Shown here piece after piece: positions 12,539 through 24,822 of a stretch of 64,000 bases of DNA (position 1 is the first letter of the stretch; each line of letters opens with the position of its first letter). Made by a program: the position numbers and the translations under genes. Origin of the DNA: Halocafeteria seosinensis (taxonomy: Eukaryota). The notes under the pieces are model-generated. The model did no database searches. It was not told where the DNA came from and saw only the letters and a program-made list of their open reading frames with translations. The stretch is from positions 1 through 64,000 of the forward strand of contig LVLI01000166.1 of assembly GCA_001687465.1 (NCBI GenBank), in the 5' to 3' direction.

Positions 12539-14839
12539 ATGGCAACAGTGGAGCAGAGCTCGGCTGCTCTAGCAGAGCATATTTCGAGCTCACAGGTTGA
12601 TGCAACCAGCTCAACAGCGCAGATTACAAGTTCCTTGGAGCAGAAGAATCCCCACCAGCTTCCCTCCGAAGATATCGAGGAACTGTATGGAGCCTTAGGT
12701 AAGGAACTTGTTGTACCTCTAACGACAGACTTTTTCCTAGTACTTACCAGCGCTTTTTGAGACACAGGCTCTGCTATGGACTCTGCAGCCATTCTACAGA
12801 GGAGTGCGGCATCGACGTTCTCGACGACTGCTCGCTCGGTGGATCCGCAAAACTCTGAATGGAAAAGGAAATTAGCATCAGAATCTGTACGCTCAGGGTC
12901 GAGTGCTGCGCCGACGGCACAGGCTCCTGCAGCCCGGAACACCACCACGTACTACGACTCGCGGGCCATTGGCAGAACTACTGGGGGGAGGAAATTCACA
13001 CAGTTTGTGTCGAAGACCAGACGGATGAGACGAGACTTAAGGGAGAGTATTCCAACTGTAGGATTCACCGAACAAATGGGTGCCTCCACTGAAGATCCTG
13101 CCAAGTTATGGAACCAGCGGGTAGGGAAAACGGACAGTAGGCGTCCGGTTGGTACGTTGCATTCTTTTCTGGGCACCGTTTCCGGGCTATAATCTACACT
13201 TGGTTTCACAGAGATAAGTGGAATACAAAGTAATCCCGAAATGAGATATCTCCCTACGCCACCTGTCTCTCCCCATACTAAATACGAGAATAAGACGGTA
13301 TATGTGGCCAAACCAAAGAGTACTCCAAGGAAGCCGGTGAAACAAGACTACACTTCGGACAGAGACCAACCCCGCTCGTTGTCCGAGGAAACAACGAAGT
13401 ACCGGCAGCAGCCCACACCTTACTGGTCATCTCCTGTCGTTTTCCAGGGACCGACTCCGTCGCACGAATACGTCAATTTTCCAACATCGACTGTAGTTAA
13501 CCCGCCTTCCGTTAATGTAAACCCTCCTCCTGTGCATGTACATGTTAATAATAACTATGCACATGAGACGGGGGAAACGAAGACAGACAACTCAGACACG
13601 TATTACCAGCAACAAATTTATGAACTGCGGAGGGCGATCGATGATCTTAACCGCAAGTCAGAAGAACTCTATCATCGGCTTCTGGAATCGAAAACATCGG
13701 ATTACAGAGGTCCCTCAGACGAACAAATATTGTCCTTGGTAACCAGTTTAGCTCTTCAAGAATCGCGTAAGCTCACTCTTATTGAAGTAATTGATCCATT
13801 TCGATGAAGTATACGTCTATTATCCCCGTTTCCGCAGGTGGCTATGAACGGCCCCAGCAACAGCCTGTCACCGTAAATGTACATTCTCCCGAGCAGAAAC
13901 AAGAGGAACATAGCGATAAAGAAAGCGTGGCAGAACACGCAATACAAATGCTATCTAATATCAGTGCCCAGTTCGAAAACGTAAGTCCTTACATTCGTTC
14001 ATTCAACTGTTGTCCTTACATTCGTTCATTCAACTGCTATTTCTTGACGTTTCTAATACCTATCTCAGAGTCAAAACCGATGGGCGGAGTTGTTGTCTGG
14101 ACGCCTAGATAGAGAGGATAAACTCTTTGATGAATTTCAAGCGCTTCGTCAGGCGATGGATGACGCAAGAAACAGACCTCAGGAAGAAGCGTCGCAGGAT
14201 AATTCGTTGCCCTTCGGAGAGATACTGGAGCAAATTAACAGGATGGTAGATAGGTTCTCATCTACCCTCTCGGATGCATACCAAGGGCAAATGGGAAATT
14301 TAGCCGAACAATTCGGCAAAATCAGGGAAGATATGTTGAATTTCGCCAGAGAGAGTCAGGGCGATGCTGAGCCTGAGCCATTCCACCGACAAATCACAGT
14401 CTCACGATGCGCCACCGTACACCATCACGTTCCTTCTGAGCATACAGAAGCTCGTTCAGAACCGCAGCGTACCACTCAACAGCCACCACAGGAGTCCTTT
14501 AGTACAAGTTCCACATCTGAGGAGAGTGGCATGGATATTGCCACGTACATCAACATGCTTAGACGAAGCCATCAAAGCCTGTATTCCGAGGAAGATGAAC
14601 TCTTAGTCGATGAGCGAGATGCTTATGAACCGGAGTCCAGTCCTCAAAGAGGACATCAGCAGTGGGCTGAAGACACCAGCGCTGATCGACTTGGCATTAA
14701 CGATGAGTCGAGAGGAGGCATTGCTGCCGTTGGCGATGTGGGAGAAAGACCATCGCGGAACATTCCGGAAGACTCTGATTCGCTTTCCACGTCGACGTTC
14801 CCATTGAGTGAAGAAGAGTCAAACGACGTTAGCTATTGA
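12539..14839 (+). CDS. Hypothetical multi-exon protein (Pro/Ser-rich with coiled-coil segments)
   Basis: Successive ORFs (12539, 12776, 13241, 13804, 14090) are linked by GT...AG introns. No recognisable domain. Confidence 0.6.
13985..14036 (+). repeat. Perfect 25-nt direct duplication (period 27) at the 5' end of an intron
   Basis: GTCCTTACATTCGTTCATTCAACTG at 13985-14009 and again at 14012-14036. Confidence 0.9.
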
Positions 14840-14853
14840 ACTGGTCTCGCCTG

Positions 14854-15785
14854 TTACGGGCCCAAAAACGCTTCAACATGTCTATACTCGGAGGAAACTT
14901 CTCCTACGGACATAAATCCGAATGATTTATCTCGCACTATGCGGTGAGCCTCCCCCGTGGAATCCACACGCACAACAGCAAACACTTCTCTACTATCAGG
15001 ACTGCATGCGCACACACACACACACACAGCGGAATTTCTTTCATTAAGTGGTGAACCTGTGGAAAAGGCCACAGGCTAGTTAACAAACTTACACGTTATA
15101 TAATGTAATGGGTTTAAGTCCCCTTTCCTCCGATGTTGTCGATTCCCTGGAGAGCTCGTAGTTTTCGAGAAACAACCTAACATCACGCTCGGTAGCCCCA
15201 GGTGGCAAGGAGCGTAGGATTACAGACGGTTCCCCGACTCTTAAGGCAACACTCTGTCTGGCTGTTTGAAAGTCTCGATGAGACGCCTGTATTAGCGAAA
15301 GTTACGACAAAGTAGAATAATAAAATAAAGCCGAACACCATCATTCTCGCTCATACCGGTTCGATGTTAATAACTCGTGTGTGTACGGTCTGCTGTAGAA
15401 ACGCTGTCGCCTTTTGTAAATCTGTGGGCTGAATTTTGGCATACCATACTAGTTTGCGCACATCTTGGAACCACACAGCAAGGTCATCAGTGGAGGCTTC
15501 GATTCCTGCTTGCTGCAAAATCCTCAGCACGTCCACCGACAAGGCCTTGGGACTCGTTCCTTTGATTTGTACGTAGGCGTAATTCTCAGGTTGATAATGC
15601 GGGTATGGGTCCCAGCTCCTCCTCGACGAGGAGGACGACTGATTTGACACTAGAGGGGAATGAATGGCATGGTCTCTCTGTTGACGAATGACATGGGAGG
15701 GAGTTCTGGAACTGAAAGCTCTCCACTGCCTCTGGCCAGTGGCGCCGACTCTAAGGCCTATGCGGCTGATGACAACTGAACTCAT
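14854..15785 (-). CDS. RRM/qRRM-like RNA-binding protein with probable mitochondrial presequence, 3 exons
   Basis: Arg/Ser-rich acid-free N-terminus (MSSVVISRIGLRVGATGQRQWRAFSS). Exon 2 gives VILRSLPPGATERDVRLFLENYEL; exon 3 gives AVVRVDSTGEAHRIV...RHVEAF, a GRSF1/hnRNP F/H-like pattern. Confidence 0.6.
15011..15028. repeat. (CA)9 microsatellite, read as (TG)9 just before an intron acceptor on the minus strand
   Basis: Direct reading of the sequence. Confidence 0.9.
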
Positions 15786-16008
15786 CTTTGAATGAATGAA
15801 CACGGATAGATTATACATACACTTTTGCGGCTAACAATGCATGCCATGAAATCCATGATAAGCCCGTGTAGGGTTCATCTTCACAAAACAAAGCCGCATT
15901 ACAAGACATGATATAGTGGTAAGCCAAGTCATTGTTAGTGTGTTATTTTTGTCCTGGATCAGACTGCACGTCTTGGGGAAGCGAACGTTGTTTCTGTTCT
16001 TCTTCGTG

Positions 16009-19000
16009 CTACCGAGCGCTCCTCACGAGCCGCGCTCGACTTCCACGAGAGACAGCTGAAGTGGCCACTCGTTTCTTACTTGCGGGTTTCTTTAGACGAC
16101 GCGGGGAAGGAGTGCTTTTCCTCTGCAAAATCTTATAGACGGTCTCATCTGCTGTCGACTGAGAAACTGCCTCGGAGGATGCTCGAACTGAACCCTCAGA
16201 GTTTCGCAATTGAGTTGAGGACTCCACCTCGAGAGAACGAACACTAGTAGGATCTTCTAGGATACTACTTCGGTTGCCCACTTGCTTAGGAGAGAGAGCA
16301 TCCTTGCTTTCCCTCAACACTGAAGCCGATATCTTAAGTCGGCAGCTGACTTCACTTTCAAAAGTTCGGCGAGATACCTGTTCCACACGGTTAAGGTCAT
16401 CGATGCCACTACACGGCTCATGCGAATGAGGGGAACCTCTCTCCATGAGCTGTCCATAGCTCGCACCCTCAAACTGTTCACTGTTCGGTTGGCTCGCATC
16501 AGCAGCTTTTGCGGATTTGCAGTCAAACTCGTTCCAACTGCCATATGAGGCGGATACACTTGATGCTGCGGTGTTAGCACGCCCACGAGGCAGAGCTGCA
16601 GAGGCGATGCGACTTGTGCTACAAAGTTGAGTGTCGACATCGATATCCCGAGAGAACAGCAAAGAAGATTTCTGCTGGTTAGATTCTGTTAAGGCTTCAT
16701 GTCGACCACCGGAGGTCTTCGAACGGGTCTGAAAATGATGGGCTCCGGGGAAATACGCTTTCGGTGTCTGTCCCCGTCGCTGTAAAGTAGTACCTCGTAA
16801 GAAATTATTCTTTGTGTCCGGAGGGATCGGTCGAAGATGGCTCTCGTTGTCTGTATAGGAGGCGTTGGCGTACGTGGTCGAAACTCTGGTACCTGCTTGA
16901 GGTGAGTTCTGCGTATACTGAAGTCCACTGCGATAAGAAATCCTGCTATCGTGCCTAGGAACGCCCTTCTCGGAATCATCCATGTCTTTGATGTGGTTTC
17001 CAGCATCTTCAGCGCCAATCTCTTTCCTTGACCAAAACGGTGTTCGATCCCTGCCAATATCAGTCTCGCAAAGTGCTTCTCCGGCAGAGAGGGACGGACG
17101 TTTTGGGCTCCGCGGCGCCCAAAGACCCTTCAGGTTTTCTGGAAGGTAGGTAATTTTCGGACTTCCGCGGTTTTCCGATGCAACACCAGTATTAACGTTC
17201 CTCTGGATTTCTTCTGGCGGAACTCTGTCGGTCGTTTTCCGAGGCAAACGGGAGTGACTAAATGCTAAAGCATTGCCAATAAAATTCGAGGTCTTAACGT
17301 ATCTTTCATTCGAAACGGGTTCAATCTCGTCCCCAAGATCAACTTGACTAACAGATACTCCTGAGGTACAAGAATGCCTATTAGTGTGGAACCCCTCCAA
17401 AGAAGGATACACTTGATACTGTCGCTCGTATGTTCTTTTCGTTCCCGCAGCATCAATTATGGTCCCAATTGACGGTTCATGGCGCTGGCCTATCAATTTT
17501 TGCGCTTTTGGAAAAGCTTCACCGGAGCCACGGATTCCGTCTCGAGCCGACTGTATCTCATGTCTCGACCGACGACTCCTATTTCGCATAGCAGCGGCGA
17601 CAGAAGTTTCGCATTCGTACGTGTTTGGAGAACGACCATCCCGCTGGTATCGGCTCTGTGCCAAACTTGTTGAAGCGCTATGCTCCGTTGTGAGTGTAGA
17701 TTCGGCGCCGTAAAGGGAATTCTCGGGCTCCGAAGCATTGACTGTCAGGCTTGTCTCCGCAGACGAAAGCATGGATCGTGAATCTACTTGGGGGCGCTGT
17801 TCAACCGGGGGATAATATGCAAGGGAAATTGCACACCGAGTGTCACTTTCCTCGATGTGAACGGTATCACCATGACCGAAATCCTCTAAAACATCAGCCG
17901 GTCCTTCCGCGAAAGCCTCAGCTGCGCCCTCAGAAGCCATGCTGTCCCCACTCTTGCTGCTCCTGAATGAGGTGTTTTCCTTCAGGTTTTCGTCTTCCAA
18001 CGGACTTGTATGCTCAAACCATGCAGTCTGGCCGAAACAAGTCCCCGAGAACGGTGATCTTGTCTTCTCAGAAGGTGAAAGAGACGGAACATGAATAGTC
18101 TGCCTAGGGGGTGCTGCTATGGACAACGTAGTAGGGGGGGAACCGGCTTCCTCGTTCGCTACCCCAGAACCTGCATCTTCTCGAGTTACTATCTCAACTG
18201 TAAGCCTGGGAGTGGCTGACGCCCCGGACACCATATCGGTATCAAAATCGCTTGCAGCAGGTTTGTTCTCCGGAGAGGGTGAAGCGTGAAAATTTGTACC
18301 AACATCACTGGCTTTCGCAGCAGGAACGTTCTCCGAAGGTGACGCGTGAGAATCTGTACCAAAGTCGCTGGGTTTCGCAGCAGGTTTGCTCTCCGAAGAA
18401 GGCGACGCGTGAGAATCTGTATCAAAATCGCTGGCTTTTGCACCAGAATTGTTCTCCGAAGAAGGTGATGGGTGAAAATCTGAGCGGTCTCGATGCAAAT
18501 CTTGCTCAGCTGCAAAGTCTGATTGTTGACCAGAGTCCTCAGTAGCTAGTTCCTGGTCGACTTCAAGCTGCATTCCCATCAAGGCTTGTTGGTTTTCCCA
18601 TGCCTCTTCTGGCCGATTACTAAGGTTGCCACCATCATCGGAACCGCTGAAGCTGTAGGCTTCACTAGAGAACGCCTCGTTGTCATCCTCGGTATTCTTT
18701 TCGGTTGCTGACGACTCTCGCCCAGCTGGCAGCCCTTGCATGGCACTGACACCTTCCTCTTGATCAGGGGAAGAACGACATTGAGACTCGGGAGAGGGCA
18801 TTGTACTGGGAGTGGTATCTCTTTCTCGAGGAGTCCTGCTCACAACTGTTTTCATAGTTGCTTTCGGGATTTTGTCGACTTGTGAGACACTGCCGGACGA
18901 GTTCGACGCTGGTCTGAGACCGGAACCGGTTTCGCCCGCACTTGGAGTACCATCTGCGAAGTGGTCGACCACCTCATCATTACCTTTGTGCCAGTCTAGT

Positions 19001-22000
19001 TCACTATCTTCTCGCGCATCCTTGGGCTCCTCCTTCGTACGCTGCCTGTAGAGATGATTCAAGTCGCGGAGTGTTCCAACGAAGGCACTGTCTTCCTCCT
19101 GTTCGGTCATACAAGGCCATGTATAGTCCGCTGTCGAAGACAGCTCGACCGCGCTTGTGGGGACAGTAGCGACCGCAAGTCTCGCAGGAACCCCAGAAGA
19201 TTGGACGAGAAAAAACGCGGAATACGAAAGATTACGGTGCTTTTCGTACTGTTTTTCACCCCTCATTGCGTTGTTCTGCGGTGCCTCCTCGGCATCGGAA
19301 CCAGAGAAGGCGCCGTACGCTTGCAGGCTCGCAAATACCATGCTCGAGTCTAGTAAAGTCCGATGCCTGCAATTGGCGTCATTCTCAGCCCACCCTGCTT
19401 CAGCCTTTAGAATCTCTTCAGGACTCTTCCCAAGGGAATTCGACAGTTCGCCTGCCTTTTTCACGAAGGCACGCCCCTTCAGTCGAGTCAATGTATCCCC
19501 GTCTTGTTTTCCGAATCCTTCACAAGCGATTCTTCGTATGCTAAAGTCTTCCTTAGTCGAATCGCTTTTCCCGCCGTCTTCTGATAGAGGTTGATGCCAC
19601 TGGATAACCTCTGTCACCAGAGCTCGGTGGTAGCGCCTTTGCCACGCGAGCCATTCGTTCAACGTTCTACATTTGATACGCCTCTTTCGAAAGTAAGAGG
19701 AATCATGTCTCCATCGCTGTGGAATTATTTTTCTCGAAGGTTTTAGCTCCAAGTAAAAGTCGATTGAGGTGTCGGTAGTGAATTCATTGCGTGCAACAAC
19801 ACACCATAGGCCAGTACGATGAAGCCGGCAGGCGCGCAAGACGGCGCTGTACCTGGTAGTCTGACACTTCTGCCCAGTCGCTGTTCCCTTCCATCGGGGT
19901 CCCTGTCCCAGATACGTTTCCAGCTGCTGCCAGAACCTTCGGGATATTGGTTGGAGAGACGCTGGCCAATAACGCCGAGGAGTGCGCAGATGGTCAGGCG
20001 GTTCTAGGAGCTGGCCTACAATACTGAAGTTGGTATACAGAGAATGTTGCGGCGCACTCCTATCATGCTCTTCGTCCGAACTTTCGGTTGAGTCCTCCGA
20101 CGAGGCATATGAAGTCGCGGGAGAACCACGTCCACTAGCTTGCTTCTTTGTTGATATGGACGAGCTGCCTCCCCTGATATTTGTGCTACCCTGCAAACGG
20201 GACGCTTTATTCTCTCGCATTCTCTCTTTTACACTCTCAATGTCATCCTCTTGAATTCTTGAGTTGCTCACATAGTAGGGGTCTAAACCTAGGCCGCACT
20301 GGATTCTACGAAAGCGCACGGCGACATCATAAGCCAGAGCTGCAGAAAGTTGGTCCGGAAAGATACCTATACGCTGCATATCTTGGCTCCGAACCACTCT
20401 CGGATCATTCTTCTCTTTATGAACTGGATTGAATCGATGGTCGGCGGGCATTTCCGCAACCCATTGCCATTCGCGAGCATCGGAACCGATGAGAGCGCTT
20501 CTTTCACTGCTAGTAGCTGTTTCCTGAGCCGGCATCTCGGATCCGTTTACAATTTTGACAGGACGCACACCAAGGAGTTCCCAATCTCGCACATCGATTC
20601 TATTTTCCCAATACATATTTAGCCCCTTCCTTTCACGATCCCCTACAACGTCGGTAGAAACGGTCCGTTTACTTAAGGAAGACGCTTCGCTATCTTCGCC
20701 ATGAGCACCGGGCGTGCTCTCTCTGATACTCTTGCTTAACTCTTTACCTGATTCGGTTTTGGTTTTTCGCAGTTTCCGCGCCTCCTGGCGTGCATTCCGT
20801 CGGTAAAACAGTCGTTCATTGCTCTTTAGGTACCGGACCTTAGCATTCCTCAGTCGCTGCCGTCTCCTAAATTCTTCTATAACCAAGCGGAGTTCATCGT
20901 CCAAGGACTTGTTATACAGTCTACCATCTTTATCCTGTGTCCACTTGCCCAGTTGCATGAAGTCTTTCACGGTCTGAGTATCATTCATCGCTGAGACCAC
21001 ACTGTTGGACAAGCCTCCGGCTCTCAAGCTTTCAGCTACTTTCCAGCGACCTGTGACAGAATCTACAGACTGCAAGGGTGATTTTCCTTTCCATGATGAC
21101 CGTACACGTGCTGTAGAGTTCCGCCTCAGCACGCTGCGATTTTGTGGTCCGTCCTGAGCTTGCAAGTCGGTTGGGTTTGATGAGTTTGCACCAGAGAAAG
21201 AGTCTGCACCAACGTTGGTATAACGGTGGCTATCTGCGTAATAGTCGCGGGAATACAGTCTGAAGTTTTCCGATACTTTTTGCAGCAATGATTGCGCTCC
21301 CTTGCTTCTACTATTAAGGAAACCTGATACATCATCCGGGAGATCAATGTTGCGCCAGTGGATTCCAACAAATGGGATTATCTCTGGTTTCAAACTAAGT
21401 TGAGGTTTTTCCAACATTCGGGCTATCGATGAGACACTCCCAATTTTTGAGAAGTCCTTCGACTCCTCGTCTGTGGCAGCAACGGTTCTGTTCAATTGTG
21501 CATCTATTTCTCCAGGGGTTTTAGCTTCCACAGCAATCATGTAGTGGCATAAGCAAAACGCAAGAAACTGGCAATATTCCTTCTCACCAGCGCTATCACA
21601 CCAAATGTCGGCCAATTCGAATAGTGAATCCATCCAAGTATCTCTGTTTAAGAACTCTGCTGAACTGATTCCTTGCAAACGAATATCTCGTTCCCAGTCT
21701 AGTTCGGATAAGGCCACAGCTTCTCCAAACCGCCTCTCCGAAACTCGAACGCTGTAATCCACACTCTCGTTCTCCTCTTTGACGTCGTTTAAGCTTTCTG
21801 ACACTCCCGAGAGGACTAGGTGAAGCACTGACATTGCCCTGACATACGTTTGCTTAATGACTCCACTCATAGACGACGTTAGTCTCGTCTTAGCTATTCT
21901 CCACCATGCTTGCAGCCACTTCTGAACATTTTCAGTGTATCGTAAACGGTGTCGATAGACCAAATTTTCTACTGTGTAGTAGGAAGCATCACCTTGGTTG

Positions 22001-22489
22001 ATGTAGGATACAAGGGGAAACGGAGTCTTGGAAAACGTTGATTGACTAGCGTGTTGTCCGCTGTTTTTCCGAGGCAACTTTAGTCGATGATTCTCATGTT
22101 TTTCACTGGAATCACTCGCTCTTTGCGGAGAAAACAAAGGCTGACATGGCCTTTGTAGGTACTCGCGTTGATCAGTCTCAGTCAAGACCCCAAGGCTTTG
22201 GGAACTCTCTAACACCCGCTTCTGGTACTGATTCTGCAAATCGTCAGGAACTATTTGTCGACGAGAAGGCAGTAATATAAGCCATGAAAACACTACTTAC
22301 GAGCTTCCTCAGATCGCCTCCCTCAATCTTCATCCTCGGAATCCGCAGCAAGCATCGTTTGTATCTCTCTGCGGGAACCAGGTTGTTTTGCGGCTGCTGC
22401 TCCAGGCCAAAGCTTTCCGTCGAAAATTTCCGATCAGTTTCCCCATCTCTGCTTTTCTCTCGTGAACTCGATTTGCCTCCAGAACTCAT
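16009..22489 (-). CDS. Very large (over 2100 aa), mostly disordered protein with an N-terminal helical domain and an insertion-split AP2-like domain
   Basis: 2094-codon open frame plus an upstream exon starting MSSGGKSS at 22489. AP2-like elements LLGVRP / WVAEMP / RIGIFPDQLSAALAYDVAV / TNF. Confidence 0.8.
18232..18485 (-). repeat. In-frame coding tandem repeat, about 60-63 nt, about 4 copies
   Basis: Peptide units SDFDTDSHASPSSESKPAAKP / SDFGTDSHASPSENVPAAKA / SDVGTNFHASPSPENKPAA / SDFDTD. Confidence 0.85.
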
Positions 22490-23136
22490 GGTGACAATGC
22501 AAGCGCCTCCGAGTTTGTAACGGAGTGGTGGAGAAGGAGTGATCAACCCAACCGACACCTATGCGAGCCTTTATCTACAGTCCAGGAGCCTTTCTGACAG
22601 CAGCAGTAGTCGAGAGGGATTTCGCAGCACTTTAGCAGCCAACGCAAAGGTAGATCAACGTCATCCTCCCTCTACAATGGTGTCGTAGAAGACCTTATGA
22701 TAGGTCCCTATCGCTCTGTGTGAAGGGATTCGGCGCGGTTAACCTCGTTGACCCACCTTTCTACACATATACAGCGACACAACAAAAGTGTATTCCCTTG
22801 ATAAAATCGATATTTGGTTCGCGATCATATACAATAGGAGAAGACAACACGAACGCCAATGTGTAGCATATGCGACGGGTGTATGAGTTACGGCGTGTTC
22901 TATCAGGTCGCATGATCGCAACCGCGCCCTTTTGTTACACGCTTTTGTTACACACCCAGGGCACGGTGTCCGTCGGACGCCGTCCATCTTTGTTTTTCTC
23001 AAGTCAAGGAATGCAAAATACATGTACTGGTAAAGAAGATCGGGATCGTAATTTTTGCAAGGGCTGCACCACTTAACATGAATTACGGAATCGCTGCGGT
23101 TAGTGACAATCTTTGTACACAGCATTCTGAGCATTC

Positions 23137-24204
23137 CTACCAATGTTCTTCACCATCGTCATCGTCATCCCCTGAGTAATCTCCGTATAGCTCCCGCTCC
23201 CGGAGGATCGCTTCACGACGCTTGTCCTCGCACCAATAGCAGGAGCTCCCCGCCGCGCAGAAATAATGTTTACCGCAATCGGTGCAGTGTTTTTCTCTGC
23301 AATCCCGAAAACACTTCCCATTTCTTGGGCAACGCGTGCAGTGCAAATGGTTTTTACCAAAACTAAGGCGGGGCACTCCCTGACATAGCCCGCTCACGTA
23401 GTAGCCGAGGCCACATTTAGAACAGAAAACAGCGCCTTTCTGGAAGTCACTGTCTCCCTCATCCGGTTGGCGTACAATGTCTTTCGCCCGCGCAGTTACT
23501 TTTTCAGAACATTCCTTGCATTCGTCTTGCCATATCACAGCTTCCTCGGGATAATCGAAATCAATATCAATGAAGCCCGCCTTCAGCGACAACAAGAAAC
23601 ACTTGGAGCAATCCCTCGGATCCGTCTTCAACCTCTTCGAGATCAGGTCCTTGGCTTGCTTCATCGTTCTCTTCCTTCCTTGATGGACAAGAAGAGCCTT
23701 TGTGATATCTCTCTCAAATGATAACTCCTTGAAAATTGCGAGAATCCCGTCTTTGCTATCGGATTCATGGTCCCAGGTTGATCTGGGAAAGTCATACTTT
23801 TCGAACACTTGGCGACATTCCTCAAGAGTACAATCCTCCCGATGAAGAAAATCACGCATCTCCTTGCACATATCCTTTACATCTTTCAACCTTCGTTCGA
23901 ACCATTTCCGGTATTCCTCAGCAGCCTCTTCGGCACTCGCAACTGTAGGCTTCTTACTGCGACTCGGTGCCGGGGATCCTGAACTCAAAGGTACGGAGTT
24001 CTCCTTTTCGAAAGAACTTGCTGCCAGATTTCCTTGTGAATCAGTCAGTCCGTTAGGAGAGGTAGAGGCGAAGTCATTTTGCTTTGCTCTCTTAGGATTT
24101 CCATTGTCGATGGAGTTGTCAACGGCCAAATGCTCGCTTGACTCAGTCATAGGATGCTTACCACCATGTTTGCATGCACTCATTGCATTCCCTTGCTGAT
24201 TCAC
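23137..24204 (-). CDS. Uncharacterised Cys/His-rich (putative multi-zinc) protein, paralog 1
   Basis: 355-aa ORF with a C-terminal CxxC...CxxC...C...GKNHLHCTRC...C...HCTDCGKH...CYWC array. Confidence 0.75.
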   Translation of the reverse strand: MNQQGNAMSACKHGGKHPMTESSEHLAVDNSIDNGNPKRAKQNDFASTSPNGLTDSQGNLAASSFEKENSVPLSSGSPAPSRSKKPTVASAEEAAEEYRKWFERRLKDVKDMCKEMRDFLHREDCTLEECRQVFEKYDFPRSTWDHESDSKDGILAIFKELSFERDITKALLVHQGRKRTMKQAKDLISKRLKTDPRDCSKCFLLSLKAGFIDIDFDYPEEAVIWQDECKECSEKVTARAKDIVRQPDEGDSDFQKGAVFCSKCGLGYYVSGLCQGVPRLSFGKNHLHCTRCPRNGKCFRDCREKHCTDCGKHYFCAAGSSCYWCEDKRREAILRERELYGDYSGDDDDDGEEHW

Positions 24205-24299
24205 TAAAAAGATGACACTTTATAGAGAGACAATAAATTGGGAGCTACTCTTGAAATAGCTCGTACAATCCCCTTATACGCATGAAGAGCAAAGACTAA

Positions 24300-24386
24300 A
24301 GAGCGCGCTCTCGCCATTTGAATTTGGATCGGGATTTGAATTTGAAATTTTGAATCGTGTGTATATGTTTGAAATCCCAATTGAAA
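24300..24386. promoter_or_regulatory. Cluster of five TTTGAA (CHR-like) hexamers plus an AGAGCGCGCTCT palindrome upstream of paralog 1
   Basis: TTTGAA at 24317, 24335, 24341, 24349 and 24368; palindrome at 24300-24311. Confidence 0.45.
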
Positions 24387-24822
24387 TTGTACAAGTACAC
24401 TGTGGGTCCGTCTGTAACAGTGTGGCTGTAGTAAGTAACCTACTGTCAGAAGGCTACTCGTGCTGGCGATGGACCTGACTGGAAACACGTTAAACGCCGC
24501 AGAGGCTACTGCGTGTTCTTGTTGTACGTATGCTACACAACTTGTACCGCAACTTGTAGTACAAGTCTTTCATCAGGTACCAGGTGGTAGTGTAAGAGAC
24601 AGCGTAAGTTATAACCCTGATGCCGTGTTTAAAGCCCGAATTCTGCGAGAAGCATTCTTCTACCTAACTCAGTTATGCCGACACAACTAGAGTAACGACT
24701 AAATCACTGTGTTTCATTCTGGTTTCCACCCAGACCTCGCCTTAGCAATGTCTGGGCCGGTGGCATTTGCGTAGCAAACGGAATGCGGAACGGTACGAAG
24801 CCATGGAGAAACTTCTGGCAAC

